Sequence record: SRR20825019_488
DNA: 64,000 nt
Reading direction: 5' to 3' (one strand)
Of this stretch, positions 23,571-34,587 are shown in pieces (position 1 is the first letter of the stretch; the number at the start of each line of letters is the position of its first letter). The notes under the pieces were generated by a model, which worked only from the letters and a program-made list of their open reading frames with translations, was not told the DNA's origin and did no database searches. The translations under genes and the position numbers were made by a program.

Positions 23571-25619
23571 TTACCGGAAACTCTGCAACAGGGTATTGAA
23601 CAAATCCTGAGCCACGCTCACCACCTGGGCGGACGCGTTGTAAGCCGCCTGATACTGGATCAGCTTGCCGGCCTCTTCGTCCAGGTTGACGCCAGAGACG
23701 GATTCCCGCTGGTTGGTGGACTGCTCCAGCAGCGTGCTGCCGGCGTCTTTATCCAGCTGGCTCTGTCGGGTTTTCACACCAACAGCTTCCACCAACCCTG
23801 CGTAGCCTTCAGCAAAACTCTGGCTACCGCTGTTAAGGGTATTCTCGGTTCCCAACGCCGCCAGGAACTCAGCATTGCGGTTGTCCGATACACCGTTGGA
23901 GTTGTAATTGATGCTGAACGAATCCCCAGGCCTCGGGTTGCCGGAGATCTCGAACTGAAATCCGAGATAGTCCGGCGAACGCGGATCCTCAGTGAACAGC
24001 TTATTGGACTGACCTGACTGGAACACATTGACCGGAGGCACGGCCGCGGCATCACCGGCCTGCAGCACCGTGTTCGTATTGGCGTCGACAATGTCATAGA
24101 CCAACTGACCACCATCGTCACGGAACTGAATATCCAGCGGTGGGTCCAGTTGTCCGTCCTGTCGGAAGTTACTCAGCAGCGAATTGGTAAACGGATCCCT
24201 GACATCGAGCATCTTGCCCTGGTTGATAGTGGCATCGCCGGTATTGCTGGCAGAACCTTCCGCCCTTACCGGGCTTGCAAATGCAAGGTCCTCTTCACGA
24301 TCGAGTTCCAGGCCGATATTGGCCGCCGCGTTCCGGGTCGGCTCGATCAGGAAGCTGTCACCGGCATTGAAGGTGCCCCCTTCGATACGGATATTGAACC
24401 CCGGCATGGATATTTCGGACTGAACAGGGTCCGGCAGGCGGCCTTGGTTAACCACCTCACCCGTGGCACGATCCACCAACTCGAAATCCCGACCGTCGCC
24501 ACCAAACCGCAACGACCAACTGCCCGCGGGAAGCTGGGAACTGTCGATAATTTCGACCGCAAGCTGAGCGTCCCGGGGAGCTCCGTTACTGGTATTGGCA
24601 ATTACCCGGCCGCGTTGGGCCGCCTGGGAGTTGACGTCACTGAAAAACAGGCCACCCAGGTCACCCTCAAGGTCCATGCCAATTTCATGCTGATGATTGA
24701 GGGTTTCGGACAAGGCAATCGCAACCCGGCCGAGTTCGGCGAAGGCAGGCTGCAGGGCCTCTGACTCAAACCGTTGCAATCCGCCGAGTTTGCCACCGTT
24801 GATTTGGCTGTCCACGTTCAGGGTCCGGCCACCGGTCGTCAGGGTAAATTCCAATCTGGTCGGGTCTTCCGCGTTATCGCGTGTTCCCAGTTGTGCCGCC
24901 CTGTCACCAACCACCAACGCCTGCCCATTGCGCAGCGAGACATTCACCTGGCTACCTTCTGCTTGCACCACACTGATGTTGACCAGTTCAGACAACTCAC
25001 GCAGTTTTTCGTCGCGCTTGTCCAGCAGTTCGTTGGGTTCACGGCCCTGGGCCAAGCCGGGGGATTCGGAGATCGCCAGATTCAGCTGTGCAATGCTTTT
25101 CAACAGCGTATTGGCGTCCTTGACGCCCTGCTCCATCTGGGTCTTGACGGATTCCCGCTGTTGAATGAATTCCTGATTCAGGGCTTCAAATCGGTTCACC
25201 ACCTGTTGCGCCTCGCTCAACACCAATTGGCGCTGGGGCAACGAGGCCGGATCTTCTGCAGCATTCTGCAGGCTCGCGAAGAAATTGTTCAGGGCATTGC
25301 TCAAGCCGGTTGTTTCGCCGCCAAGCAGGTTGTCCAGGCGGGACAACTCCGAATTCAGTGCTTCCTGCTCACCGAACAAAGAGCTGTCTTCACGCACCTG
25401 TTGCGTCAGATATTCGTTCGCCAGGCGGCGGATGTTGGTGATGCTGACACCAGTGCCGACAGAGCCCGCGCCGGTGCGTTGCGCCGACTGGGTTTCAAAT
25501 TGCACCTCCTGACGGCTGTAGCCCGGCGTGTTGGCATTGGTGATGTTGTTACCGGTGGTGTTCAGCGCCGCCTGGTGTCCGAGGATACCGGTCAGACCAA
25601 TATTGATAAGCCCTGCCAT
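23571..25619 (-). CDS. flgK: Flagellar hook-associated protein 1
   Basis: NNITNANTPGYSRQ, SGVNLDEEA, YQAAYNASA. Confidence 0.97.
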   Translation of the reverse strand: MAGLINIGLTGILGHQAALNTTGNNITNANTPGYSRQEVQFETQSAQRTGAGSVGTGVSITNIRRLANEYLTQQVREDSSLFGEQEALNSELSRLDNLLGGETTGLSNALNNFFASLQNAAEDPASLPQRQLVLSEAQQVVNRFEALNQEFIQQRESVKTQMEQGVKDANTLLKSIAQLNLAISESPGLAQGREPNELLDKRDEKLRELSELVNISVVQAEGSQVNVSLRNGQALVVGDRAAQLGTRDNAEDPTRLEFTLTTGGRTLNVDSQINGGKLGGLQRFESEALQPAFAELGRVAIALSETLNHQHEIGMDLEGDLGGLFFSDVNSQAAQRGRVIANTSNGAPRDAQLAVEIIDSSQLPAGSWSLRFGGDGRDFELVDRATGEVVNQGRLPDPVQSEISMPGFNIRIEGGTFNAGDSFLIEPTRNAAANIGLELDREEDLAFASPVRAEGSASNTGDATINQGKMLDVRDPFTNSLLSNFRQDGQLDPPLDIQFRDDGGQLVYDIVDANTNTVLQAGDAAAVPPVNVFQSGQSNKLFTEDPRSPDYLGFQFEISGNPRPGDSFSINYNSNGVSDNRNAEFLAALGTENTLNSGSQSFAEGYAGLVEAVGVKTRQSQLDKDAGSTLLEQSTNQRESVSGVNLDEEAGKLIQYQAAYNASAQVVSVAQDLFNTLLQSFR

Positions 25620-25624
25620 AATGC

Positions 25625-26617
25625 TTACTCCTCAGCCCCACGCGTACCCATGGACAACGTTGCCATGGAGTCATTATTCATAATGCGGCGAATCTTGGCA
25701 CCGTAGTTCGGATCGGTGGCATAGCCCGCTTCCTGAAGCCGGTTTGCAAACAACTCGGGATCATCCGCGGCCGCCAGCACATCCCGATAACGGGGATTGG
25801 ATTCGAGGAACGAGACATAATCCCGGAAGCTGGATTCATAGTCCGGGTAGGCCCGGAACGCGGCCCGTTCGTTCATCGGCACGCCTTCGCGGAATTCCGT
25901 GGTGGCAATGTTCACTGATTCACCCTGCCAGCGGGTGTCTGCCTTGATACCGAACAGGTTAAAGCTGGGAGAACCACCGTCGCCTTCAATCATGTGTCTG
26001 CCCCAACCGGTCTCCAGTGCTGCCTGTGCAATCATCAACCTCGGGTTGATGCCGCTTTGCGCCGCTACCTTTTCCGCGACGGGCAGGAGCTCACGAACAA
26101 ACTGTTCCGGTGAGTCGAACCGGCTTGGCATGACGGTGCTGACTTCCTGTGCAGGCTCTTTTCGGGCGGTGTCAGCCACCTGATTTACCTTGTCCATCTG
26201 CTCAGGCAGGCGCGGCGAAAGTACCGGCATACTACGGTCATAATCCGCCAGCGCGGTCTTATGGGCCGCCATCGGCTCACCCTTCTCATCCATGCCAGGA
26301 ATCTGCCGGCTAAGCTGGCGCACCAGGGCATCGGATATACCGGTGCCCTGCTTTTGCGATAGCGTCAGGCTCAACTGGCTGTCGAACATCTCTCGATAGA
26401 ACTCCGACTGCTGGCTGTTGAGGTAGTTACCCTCCGCAAACACATCACCGGCCTTGCGCATCGCTTTGACCATTTCCGACAGGAACAGGCCTTCAAACTG
26501 CTTCGCCACTTCCTCAAGCGCCGCTTCCTTGTCGGTCCTGGCCTGGGCCTTCAACGCGTTCAGGCCGCCGAAGTCGGTATAAACCTGGGCCTTCTGGAGA
26601 CTGGAATCCTGCATCAC
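25625..26617 (-). CDS. flgJ: Flagellar rod assembly protein/peptidoglycan hydrolase
   Basis: Rod-binding AKQFE..MRKA; AQAALETGWG, NLFGIKA, GYATDP. Confidence 0.96.
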   Translation of the reverse strand: MMQDSSLQKAQVYTDFGGLNALKAQARTDKEAALEEVAKQFEGLFLSEMVKAMRKAGDVFAEGNYLNSQQSEFYREMFDSQLSLTLSQKQGTGISDALVRQLSRQIPGMDEKGEPMAAHKTALADYDRSMPVLSPRLPEQMDKVNQVADTARKEPAQEVSTVMPSRFDSPEQFVRELLPVAEKVAAQSGINPRLMIAQAALETGWGRHMIEGDGGSPSFNLFGIKADTRWQGESVNIATTEFREGVPMNERAAFRAYPDYESSFRDYVSFLESNPRYRDVLAAADDPELFANRLQEAGYATDPNYGAKIRRIMNNDSMATLSMGTRGAEE

Positions 26618-26622
26618 GCCCC

Positions 26623-27720
26623 CTAAATCACAATCAGCTCAGCGCGCAAGGCACCGGCCTGTTTGAGGGCTTCGAGCACCGCCATTACGTCACCGGGCGC
26701 CGCGCCTACCTGGTTCACAGCCTGGACAATTTCGTTCAGGGTGACCGCCGGGCCAAACTGGAACATCCGGGCCGGGTCTTCGGTAATGGCGATCTGGGTG
26801 TTGGGCTCGATCACCGTTTCACCATCGGTGAACGGGTTTGGCTGATTGGCTTCGGGATTCTCTTCAATGGTGACGGTCAGGTTACCGTGGGTCACCGCCG
26901 CCGGGCTGACCTTGACGTTCTGCCCCACCACAATGGTGCCGGTGCGGCTGTTGATCACCACCTTGGCGGCGTCTTCCGCCGGATTGACCTCAATGTTTTC
27001 CAGAATCGACAGGAAGCTCACTCGCTGGGATGGGTCTCTCGGCGCCTTTACGGAGACCGAGGTCGCATCGTGGGCATACGCCATGTCCGGGCCCAAATGA
27101 CCATTAATCGCTTCCACCACCCGGCGAGCGGTCGTGAAGTCAGCTCGCAACAGGTTGAAGGTGATGGTATCGCCACGGGTAAAGGGCGACATTACCTCCC
27201 GCTCGATGGTGGCGCCATTGGGAATCCGGCCAACGCTGGGAACGTTCACGGTAATCCGCGAACCATCGGCGCCCTGGGCACCGAAACCACCCACCACCAG
27301 GCTACCCTGAGCCATGGCATAGACCTGATTGTCGGCCCCCTTTAACGGCGACATCAACAGGGTACCGCCACGCAGGCTATCGGCATTGCCAATAGACGAC
27401 ACTGTGATGTCCAGTTCCTGGCCTGGCTTGGCGAAGGGCGGCAGATTCGCGGTAATGGTAACCGCAGCCACATTGGCAAGATTGGGGTTCACGCCCGGCG
27501 GCAGGGTAATGCCGAACTGGGTCATCATGTTGCGAAAGGTCTGGTTGGTAAACGGCGCTTTATCACCAGTACCGTCCAGGCCAACCACCAGCCCGTAGCC
27601 GACCAGTTGGTTGTTACGCACACCCTTGATGCGCGCCAGGTCCTTCAGGCGGTCCGCCAGCACCGGCGCTGCGATCACGGAGAGCGCAATCATCAGTATC
27701 CCAAACCTCAGCATTTTCAT
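26623..27720 (-). CDS. flgI: Flagellar P-ring protein
   Basis: [25 protein letters not shown]. Confidence 0.97.
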   Translation of the reverse strand: MKMLRFGILMIALSVIAAPVLADRLKDLARIKGVRNNQLVGYGLVVGLDGTGDKAPFTNQTFRNMMTQFGITLPPGVNPNLANVAAVTITANLPPFAKPGQELDITVSSIGNADSLRGGTLLMSPLKGADNQVYAMAQGSLVVGGFGAQGADGSRITVNVPSVGRIPNGATIEREVMSPFTRGDTITFNLLRADFTTARRVVEAINGHLGPDMAYAHDATSVSVKAPRDPSQRVSFLSILENIEVNPAEDAAKVVINSRTGTIVVGQNVKVSPAAVTHGNLTVTIEENPEANQPNPFTDGETVIEPNTQIAITEDPARMFQFGPAVTLNEIVQAVNQVGAAPGDVMAVLEALKQAGALRAELIVI

Positions 27721-28424
27721 AGCGGGAACCACTCACTGTTGAAGAACCTCGCCAGCCAGCCCATCTGGTTAGCCTGGTCGAAATCACCGGTACCGCCGTA
27801 GGCAATACGGGCATCAGCAATACGATTGGACGCCACGGTGTTGTCCGGCGAGATATCCTCCGGGCGAACAAGACCGGTCAGGCGGATATACTCATCGCCG
27901 TTGGTCAGCGACAGCCATTTCTCGCCACGGATATGGAGAACGCCATTTGGCAGGACTTCCGTGACGGTTACGGTGATATTGCCGTTCAGGCTGTTGCTCT
28001 GATCCGCTTCCGCCTGGCCTTCAAAATCACGTTCCAGATCAATGTCGGTGCCCAGGTCAAGATTGCTTCGGCCCAGAATGCGCGGGTCCAGAATGGAAAT
28101 CTCATTGTCTTTGGTAATGCTGCTTTCAGCGTTCTTGCTGGCGCGGGTCGACTCTTCGAGGGTTACCGTAAGGATGTCACCGACGTTCAAAGCCACGGTA
28201 TCGCCATAGAGACTGTAGTTCCGCGAGGACTGGTAGATAGCGCCCGATTCCGGGTCCCGCTGCATCATCGCTTCCGCGCGGACTGGCGCGTATTGCGGAT
28301 CATCCGGAACAGCCCGTGGCCGGCTCATGGCGGTACACCCCTGAAGGACAACCAGGATCGCCACCAGCGCAAAGGTGCCGCCGTGATGTCTGGTCGTTCT
28401 GTTGTTGGTAATAATGGGTGTCAT
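27717..28424 (-). CDS. flgH: Flagellar L-ring lipoprotein
   Basis: Lipobox [26 protein letters not shown]. Confidence 0.96.
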   Translation of the reverse strand: MTPIITNNRTTRHHGGTFALVAILVVLQGCTAMSRPRAVPDDPQYAPVRAEAMMQRDPESGAIYQSSRNYSLYGDTVALNVGDILTVTLEESTRASKNAESSITKDNEISILDPRILGRSNLDLGTDIDLERDFEGQAEADQSNSLNGNITVTVTEVLPNGVLHIRGEKWLSLTNGDEYIRLTGLVRPEDISPDNTVASNRIADARIAYGGTGDFDQANQMGWLARFFNSEWFPL

Positions 28425-28453
28425 GATTCCCCCTTCCTGCCGTCCGCTACCGG

Positions 28454-29242
28454 TTAACCAATGTTGTTGGTGATGAACTGCAGCATCTGGTCGGTTGCGG
28501 AGACCACTTTTGAGTTCATTTCATAGGCGCGCTGGGTGGTGATCATATTCACCAACTCTTCCACCACTTCCACGTTGGAGGCCTCCACCATGCCCTGCTC
28601 CAGAGTGCCCAGGCCGCCGATACCAGGCTCACCCTCGGCGGGATCACCACTGGCATTGGTTGCTTTGAACAGGTTGTTACCGATTGCCTGCAGGCCCTGG
28701 GGGTTAATGAAATCAACCAGAGTAATTTCGCCCAGGTTGACCGGGGCCGCCTGGTCATCGGTAACAGCCGTTACTGTGCCGTCCTTGCCGATGGTGATAT
28801 TGGTGGCGTTCTCCGGAACGTTGATGTTCGGCTCCAGGGTGTAACCATCGGGGTTAACGATGTCGCCGTTGGAGTTCAACTGGAACTGACCATCACGGGT
28901 ATAGGCAATCTGCCCGTCCGGGAGCAGGATCTGCATGAATCCGCGGCCGTTCACCGCCATGTCCAGGGGCTGCTCGGTGACTTCCAGGTTGCCCTGGGAA
29001 AACTGCTTGGAGGTGCCGACGATGCGAACACCGGTACCCAGCTGGAGACCGGACGGCAGCTCCGAGTTCTGGGTATTCAGACCACCGGGTTGCCGGTCGA
29101 TCTGGTACAGCAGATCCTGAAACACCGCGCGGTCGCGCTTGAAACCGGTGGTGTTCACGTTGGCCAGGTTGTTTGAGATCGTGGACATATTGGTGTCCTG
29201 CGCGCTCAACCCGGTTTTGCTGACCCAAAGTGCTGGATGCAT
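28454..29242 (-). CDS. flgG: Flagellar distal rod protein
   Basis: SNNLANVNTTGFK, YTRDGQF, SNVEVVEELV. Confidence 0.97.
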   Translation of the reverse strand: MHPALWVSKTGLSAQDTNMSTISNNLANVNTTGFKRDRAVFQDLLYQIDRQPGGLNTQNSELPSGLQLGTGVRIVGTSKQFSQGNLEVTEQPLDMAVNGRGFMQILLPDGQIAYTRDGQFQLNSNGDIVNPDGYTLEPNINVPENATNITIGKDGTVTAVTDDQAAPVNLGEITLVDFINPQGLQAIGNNLFKATNASGDPAEGEPGIGGLGTLEQGMVEASNVEVVEELVNMITTQRAYEMNSKVVSATDQMLQFITNNIG

Positions 29243-29327
29243 GTCGTCTACTCCTTGCCGGGGGCGTCTTCAATGCGGCCGATTTTTGCCGCTTCTGCGC
29301 TCACCCGGGCGATGTTCATAGGATTTA

Positions 29328-30080
29328 TCAAAGGTTCTGCAACAGTCGTGCCGACGCCTCGGCATTCTCGTTGGCGGTGGTCATTATCTTTACCTGCATC
29401 TCATACTGACGGGACAACTGCAGGTTGGAGATCATCTCCTCCACGGCGTTTACGTTAGAGCTTTCCAGAAACCCCGACGCGACGCGCATATTGGCATCAG
29501 GCGGCTCTGGACCATCCAGCGCCTGGTCCGCCTTGCGACGGATAAAGCCATCTGCACCTTTTTCCAGCGCGTCCCGGGGTGGGTTCACCAGCTTCAGTCG
29601 ATCCACCTCAACCAACTGGTCCGGCGGACCGCCAACAGGAACCACGGAAATGGTTCCGTCCGCGCCAATCTGCACGTTATCGAACGGCGGCAGTGCCACC
29701 GGTCCGCCATTACCCATGACCATCTCTCCGCTGGAGAGACGCATCAGGCCATTGACGTCGATCTGCATGCTGCCGGAACGGGTGAATACTTCCTCGCCCT
29801 GCTGATTCTGCACGGCCAGCCAGCCATCACCTTCAACGGCGACATCCAGCTTGCGGCCAGTGTCCATCAATGCACCGGCGGAAAGGTCTGTTCCAGGCCT
29901 CTCGGCCATGGCATAGGCACGGGTGGGATGATGCTCACCAAAAACCGGCATACTGCGGGCCTGGGCGAAATCCGCCTTGAAACCGGTGGTACTGACGTTT
30001 GCCAGGTTATTGGCGTGGGCGCGCTGGGACAGCATGTTCTGCTTGGCGCCGGACATTCCTATATAGAGGGCTTTGTCCAT
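29328..30080 (-). CDS. flgF: Flagellar proximal rod protein
   Basis: ANNLANVSTTGFK, LESSNVNAV. Confidence 0.96.
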   Translation of the reverse strand: MDKALYIGMSGAKQNMLSQRAHANNLANVSTTGFKADFAQARSMPVFGEHHPTRAYAMAERPGTDLSAGALMDTGRKLDVAVEGDGWLAVQNQQGEEVFTRSGSMQIDVNGLMRLSSGEMVMGNGGPVALPPFDNVQIGADGTISVVPVGGPPDQLVEVDRLKLVNPPRDALEKGADGFIRRKADQALDGPEPPDANMRVASGFLESSNVNAVEEMISNLQLSRQYEMQVKIMTTANENAEASARLLQNL

Positions 30081-30130
30081 GGGAAAACTCCTGCCGGAAT
30101 ATTGACTGTTTCCAGTCTTTCCTATGTTCT

Positions 30131-30146
30131 AGCAGGAGTTGTGCCA
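30131..30146 (-). promoter_or_regulatory. Sigma54 -24/-12 promoter for flgFGHIJKL
   Basis: Minus strand TGGCACAACTCCTGCT upstream of flgF. Confidence 0.8.
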
Positions 30147-30162
30147 TGTTCACATTTCAGGA

Positions 30163-32061
30163 TTAGCGGAGGTTGATCACCGTCTGGGTAACGGCGTCGG
30201 AGGTCTCGATCGTCTTGGCGTTGGCCTGGTAATTACGCTGGGCAATGATCAGGTTTACCAGTTCCGCCGACAGGTCCACGTTGGACTCCTCGATGGAGCT
30301 GGCTTTGATCGACCCCAGGGTTCCGGTATCAGGCGCACCGATAATCGGCTGGCCGGACTCGAAGGTTTCAACCCAGGTGGTTTCGCCCACCGGCGACAGA
30401 CCGTTGGTATTGTTGAATGAAGCCAACGCTACCTGTCCCAGGGACTGGGATTGACCGTTGGTGTACCGGGCAAACAGAACACCCTGGTCCGACACATCCA
30501 GACCCGACAGCCTGCCGGTGGCATACCCGTTCTGACGCTGGTCGTTTACCCCAAAGTTACTCCCGTACTGGGTGGTATTGCCAAGGTCCAGCACGAAGGC
30601 CGAAGTGGTCGGGGGCTCTGGAATTGGCGTGGTGATATTATCACCCGGTCCTGGAGGGCCATCTGCGCCGTTCGGAGTGCCGTCGGCATCTTTCGGCGTC
30701 CAGTCACTGATCAGAATCTCGCCGTTGGGATCACCGTTCACGGACTGCAACTCGCCGTCCTGATCAAAGCGAGCCTGGTACGGGTTCTGATCGGTTCCGG
30801 CCACGAACTCACCGTCGATCTGCAGGTATACGGACCATTCACTCACACCCACACCATTACCTGGGGCGGGTTGCTTCACATAGAACTGGGTCATCTCGTG
30901 AGAGTTGCCCAGGCTGTCGTAAACGGTGGTCGATGTTGCGTGATTGTAGGTACGCTGATCCAACGGATTGAACTGGTTGGTGATCTCAATGTTGCGCGCG
31001 TTCCATGAATCCGTGAGGTTCGTGGCACCGCTGGTTGACGCAATATCGGTAATCTCACGATCGGCCTGTGGCCTCACCGTGCCAACGGTTGTCTCCGGCG
31101 CCTGGTTCGGGCCGTCGCTGGTAAAACCGGCGGTGACGTTGTTGCCGCGGTTGTCGATCAGCCTCAGGTTACCGCCTGTGAGTGACGCCGAGATTGTCGG
31201 CGCCTGGGCGTTGTTGATCGCACTGACCAGCGAAGCGGCATCGGTCACACCCGTCGTATCCACGGGCACAGTAACCCCGCCTACCGCAAGGTCAAAGCTG
31301 AAGTTGCCAGCCGCAATGGCGGCGTTCAAATCCGCTTCGGACATCCCCTCATAGGTGGTGGTTGCGGAGGCAGAGAGGCCGTCCTGCCCATTGAGCACAT
31401 CCACGACGTCAGCCGCTGAGAAATCAGTCGATCCCGCTGCGTTGATGGGCACGCTCACCACGCTGCCATCTGCGTAGGTGATTTCGAAGGTTTCAGACGG
31501 AAAGCCGGTGGACCCGGCGGGAGCCGTGTAATCACCCATATCGGCAACTCGGCGTTCCAACACGGTTTCCCGGGAATCCAGGTTCAGGTCCGAGCGCAGG
31601 TTGGTCGTACGGCGGGGTGCCAGGTTATCGGTTTCAATCTGCAGGTCACCACGAATACCGGAGAGATTACCGTCATCATCGGCGACGAAACCCTGAACCC
31701 GCATGTTCTGGTTGTTGGTGACAAAGCCGTCCTTGTCGATACCGAACTGGCCGGCACGGGAATACCGCACTTCACCGCCGTTGTTCAGCACAAAGAAGCC
31801 GTCACCGTTGATGGCAAGGTCAAGGCCGTTATCGGTGAAACTGATATTGCCCTGCCCAAAATTCTGTTTCACATCCTGTACCCGTACACCGTCCCCGATC
31901 GGATTGGTGCCGGCACTCAGGAATCCACTGGCATACAAGTCGCCAAACTGCGCCTGGCTGCTCTTGAAGCCTACTGTGCTCGCATTGGCAATGTTGTTAC
32001 CGGTGACATCCAGATCAACCGATGACGCCCTTAAGCCGCTAAGACCTGTATTGAAAGCCAT
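30163..32061 (-). CDS. flgE: Flagellar hook protein (long form, 632 aa)
   Basis: GNNIANASTVGFK, YSRAGQF, YDSLGNSH, SNVDLSAELVNLI. Confidence 0.96.
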   Translation of the reverse strand: MAFNTGLSGLRASSVDLDVTGNNIANASTVGFKSSQAQFGDLYASGFLSAGTNPIGDGVRVQDVKQNFGQGNISFTDNGLDLAINGDGFFVLNNGGEVRYSRAGQFGIDKDGFVTNNQNMRVQGFVADDDGNLSGIRGDLQIETDNLAPRRTTNLRSDLNLDSRETVLERRVADMGDYTAPAGSTGFPSETFEITYADGSVVSVPINAAGSTDFSAADVVDVLNGQDGLSASATTTYEGMSEADLNAAIAAGNFSFDLAVGGVTVPVDTTGVTDAASLVSAINNAQAPTISASLTGGNLRLIDNRGNNVTAGFTSDGPNQAPETTVGTVRPQADREITDIASTSGATNLTDSWNARNIEITNQFNPLDQRTYNHATSTTVYDSLGNSHEMTQFYVKQPAPGNGVGVSEWSVYLQIDGEFVAGTDQNPYQARFDQDGELQSVNGDPNGEILISDWTPKDADGTPNGADGPPGPGDNITTPIPEPPTTSAFVLDLGNTTQYGSNFGVNDQRQNGYATGRLSGLDVSDQGVLFARYTNGQSQSLGQVALASFNNTNGLSPVGETTWVETFESGQPIIGAPDTGTLGSIKASSIEESNVDLSAELVNLIIAQRNYQANAKTIETSDAVTQTVINLR

Positions 32062-32088
32062 ACTTCACCTCTTACTGTTTCACCGGTT

Positions 32089-32766
32089 TCAATTAATTTG
32101 CTGAACATCTTGCAGAGCGATCGAGCCCATCCCCGCCAGGTTCAGGGTAATGCTGCCACCCTGCCCCAACGACACACTGTCGACATTGGCGCTGACCATG
32201 GTGCCCAATTGTTCAAGCCCGCCCGGGTATGAAGCCTCTGCCACCACCTTGTAGCGTCCGGGTGGCAAACTGTTGCCGTTGCCATCCTTGCCGTCCCAGC
32301 TGAACGCTGTCTGGCCAGGCTGCTGCTCACCCATATCAATCTGCCGAACCTGCTCACCGGACTCATTCTCAATGGTGATTCTCAGCCCGGATGTGGTTGC
32401 CGGAACGGAAACGTTGCCGGATATCTCACCGTCCGCGCCAAGCACGCCAATGGATGAAGGTGCCAAGACCGTACGCCCGACCATTGCAGAGGCCTGCAGC
32501 GCCTGGGTGGATCGGAACTGGCTGGCCATATCGTCGACACTGCCGGACAGGCTCTGCATTTCCTCCAGGGAGCTGAACTGCGCCAGCTGGGAGATGAATT
32601 CGCCATTGTCCTGAGGTTCGAGAGGGTTCTGGTTTTTGAGCTGAGCGATCATCAATTCCATGAACTCGTTCTTGCCCAGCTCACTTCCGCTCTTGGCCTG
32701 GTCCTGCTGCACTCGATACTGGCTCAGCACATCCGAAGCGTCTGTCGTGTTATTCACTACGCTCAT
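32089..32766 (-). CDS. flgD: Flagellar hook capping protein
   Basis: QLKNQNPLEP, SQLAQFS, WDGKDGNG. Confidence 0.96.
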   Translation of the reverse strand: MSVVNNTTDASDVLSQYRVQQDQAKSGSELGKNEFMELMIAQLKNQNPLEPQDNGEFISQLAQFSSLEEMQSLSGSVDDMASQFRSTQALQASAMVGRTVLAPSSIGVLGADGEISGNVSVPATTSGLRITIENESGEQVRQIDMGEQQPGQTAFSWDGKDGNGNSLPPGRYKVVAEASYPGGLEQLGTMVSANVDSVSLGQGGSITLNLAGMGSIALQDVQQIN

Positions 32767-32784
32767 GATTCAATCCTCGCTCGG

Positions 32785-33234
32785 TTACTGCTGACCCAGG
32801 GTCAGGATACGCTGCATCATGGATTTGGCGCTGTTCATAATGTCCACATTCATCTGGAAGCTGCGCGACGACGACATCATGTCCGCCATTTCTTCAACCA
32901 CGTTGACGTTGGGGTAGAACACGTACCCATCTTCGTTCGCAGCGGGATGATCAGGCTCGTAGCGCATCTGCAACTCGGCGTCACTCTCGACGATGCCTTC
33001 AACCCGAACGCCTGCCCCCGGGCCGTTGTCGCTGCCAAACCCCATGCTCTGCTGAGACGGATTCAGCATGGACTGCTGTATCGCCGCGAAAACAGGCTTG
33101 CGTGCACGATAGGTCTGATCCGTACTGGAACTGGCCGTCTCGGCATTGGCGATGTTGGACGCAGTGGTGTTCAGCCGCAGCGACTGGGCTGTCATACCGG
33201 AACCGGCGATGTCGAAAATATTACCCAGAGACAT
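32785..33234 (-). CDS. flgC: Flagellar basal-body rod protein
   Basis: ASNIANA, YEPDHPAA, PNVNVVEEM. Confidence 0.97.
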   Translation of the reverse strand: MSLGNIFDIAGSGMTAQSLRLNTTASNIANAETASSSTDQTYRARKPVFAAIQQSMLNPSQQSMGFGSDNGPGAGVRVEGIVESDAELQMRYEPDHPAANEDGYVFYPNVNVVEEMADMMSSSRSFQMNVDIMNSAKSMMQRILTLGQQ

Positions 33235-33268
33235 GATGGTGCTCCTCAATTAATGGCTGCGCCCAGTT

Positions 33269-33667
33269 TTACTGGCCAGAGAGTGCCTTTTTGATGCCTG
33301 AAACCTTTCCGTCCAGGAACTGGAAACTGGCCTGGTAATCCATGGCATTACGCATGAAACGGGTTTGCTCCTGCTGGGCATCCACCGTGTTGCCGTCCAC
33401 GGACGGCTGGTGCGGTACCCGATAGAGCAATTCGCTGTCCGCGCCCATGGGCGAGGTGTCCATATGGGACTCGTGGGTACGGGTCATGCCGAAACCACTC
33501 ATGCTGTCCTGGGCCTTCTGCATCATCGCCTGAAAGTCCACATCCCGCGCCTTATAGCCCGGGGTATCTGCGTTCGCGAGGTTGTTGGCCAACACCTCCG
33601 CACGCTTTACCCTGCCTTCCAGGGCGTGCTGATGAATGCCTAATGCTTTGTCCAGGGAAATTGCCAT
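33269..33667 (-). CDS. flgB: Flagellar basal-body rod protein
   Basis: ANNLANADTPGYKARD, DGNTVD. Confidence 0.97.
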   Translation of the reverse strand: MAISLDKALGIHQHALEGRVKRAEVLANNLANADTPGYKARDVDFQAMMQKAQDSMSGFGMTRTHESHMDTSPMGADSELLYRVPHQPSVDGNTVDAQQEQTRFMRNAMDYQASFQFLDGKVSGIKKALSGQ

Positions 33668-33732
33668 AGTGCCTCCGATTCCTGCACACGGCGTTGGTCG
33701 TTTTGCCGTTTGTGCGTTCTTGCAGAGGTAAA

Positions 33733-33748
33733 AGCAATCGCGATGCCA
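33733..33748 (-). promoter_or_regulatory. Sigma54 -24/-12 promoter for flgBCDE
   Basis: Minus strand TGGCATCGCGATTGCT. Confidence 0.85.
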
Positions 33749-33871
33749 GTTTTCAGGAGGTGTTGCGGTGTGCGGGCTGAGGCAGGTATTGGCTTATCCG
33801 GATCGTAAATTGAGGGCGGAAAGCGGCAAGGGATTTCCCCCGCGCCGGGGGCGGGGGCAACGGGGCGGCAA

Positions 33872-34429
33872 CTAGTGGGGCCAGCGCCTGACAAACTCTT
33901 TGGGTTCAGGCCTGGGTATGCTGGGCTTGTTCGCACTGACACTGCCGGTATACAGGAACCCGGTTATGATCTCATTGTCCTGCAGCCCCAAGCCTCGCTT
34001 GATAGCTGGGTCGTGCGCCATGGCACCGGTACGCCACATGCCTCCAAACCCGGCGGACTCCAGAGCCAACAACAAATACCCCATCCCCACCGCGGCCGAC
34101 ATGGACTGCTCGATCTCCGGTACCTTGGGATGGGACTGGTAAGACGCAATGCCAACGATCACCATAGGCGCCCGCAGTGCCTTCTTGCAGCGTTTTTCCC
34201 GCTCCTTTTCCGAGGCGCCGTCGCCACAGGTGGCGGCAAACAATTCACCCAGGGCGTTCAATGCCTCGCCTCCCTCAATAATCAGGTACCGCCAGGGCCG
34301 AAGCAGCGCATGGTCCGGCGCCCTCGCGGCGCAGGCAAAGGCATTTTCAAGCGTTGCCGGGTCCGGTGCTGGCGCCTCCAGGCGTGGCTCTGAAGATCGT
34401 TTTAACAGGGCTTCCATTACTGCTGTCAT
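33872..34429 (-). CDS. Nitroreductase family protein (YdjA-like)
   Basis: RSS start region, RAPDHALLRPWR, WRTG motifs. Confidence 0.88.
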   Translation of the reverse strand: MTAVMEALLKRSSEPRLEAPAPDPATLENAFACAARAPDHALLRPWRYLIIEGGEALNALGELFAATCGDGASEKEREKRCKKALRAPMVIVGIASYQSHPKVPEIEQSMSAAVGMGYLLLALESAGFGGMWRTGAMAHDPAIKRGLGLQDNEIITGFLYTGSVSANKPSIPRPEPKEFVRRWPH

Positions 34430-34587
34430 ATCGCCTCGCTGTGGTTGATTTCAATACGTCAGTTCGGGCCAAACGACCGTATGAATTGTGGGACAGATGG
34501 TTTACTGTTAGTCTTTAGTCTAAGTACTTTCCACTATCAGACAGTACTATCTACCTTAAAAACGATAAGCGAGCCGGTAGACGCCCT

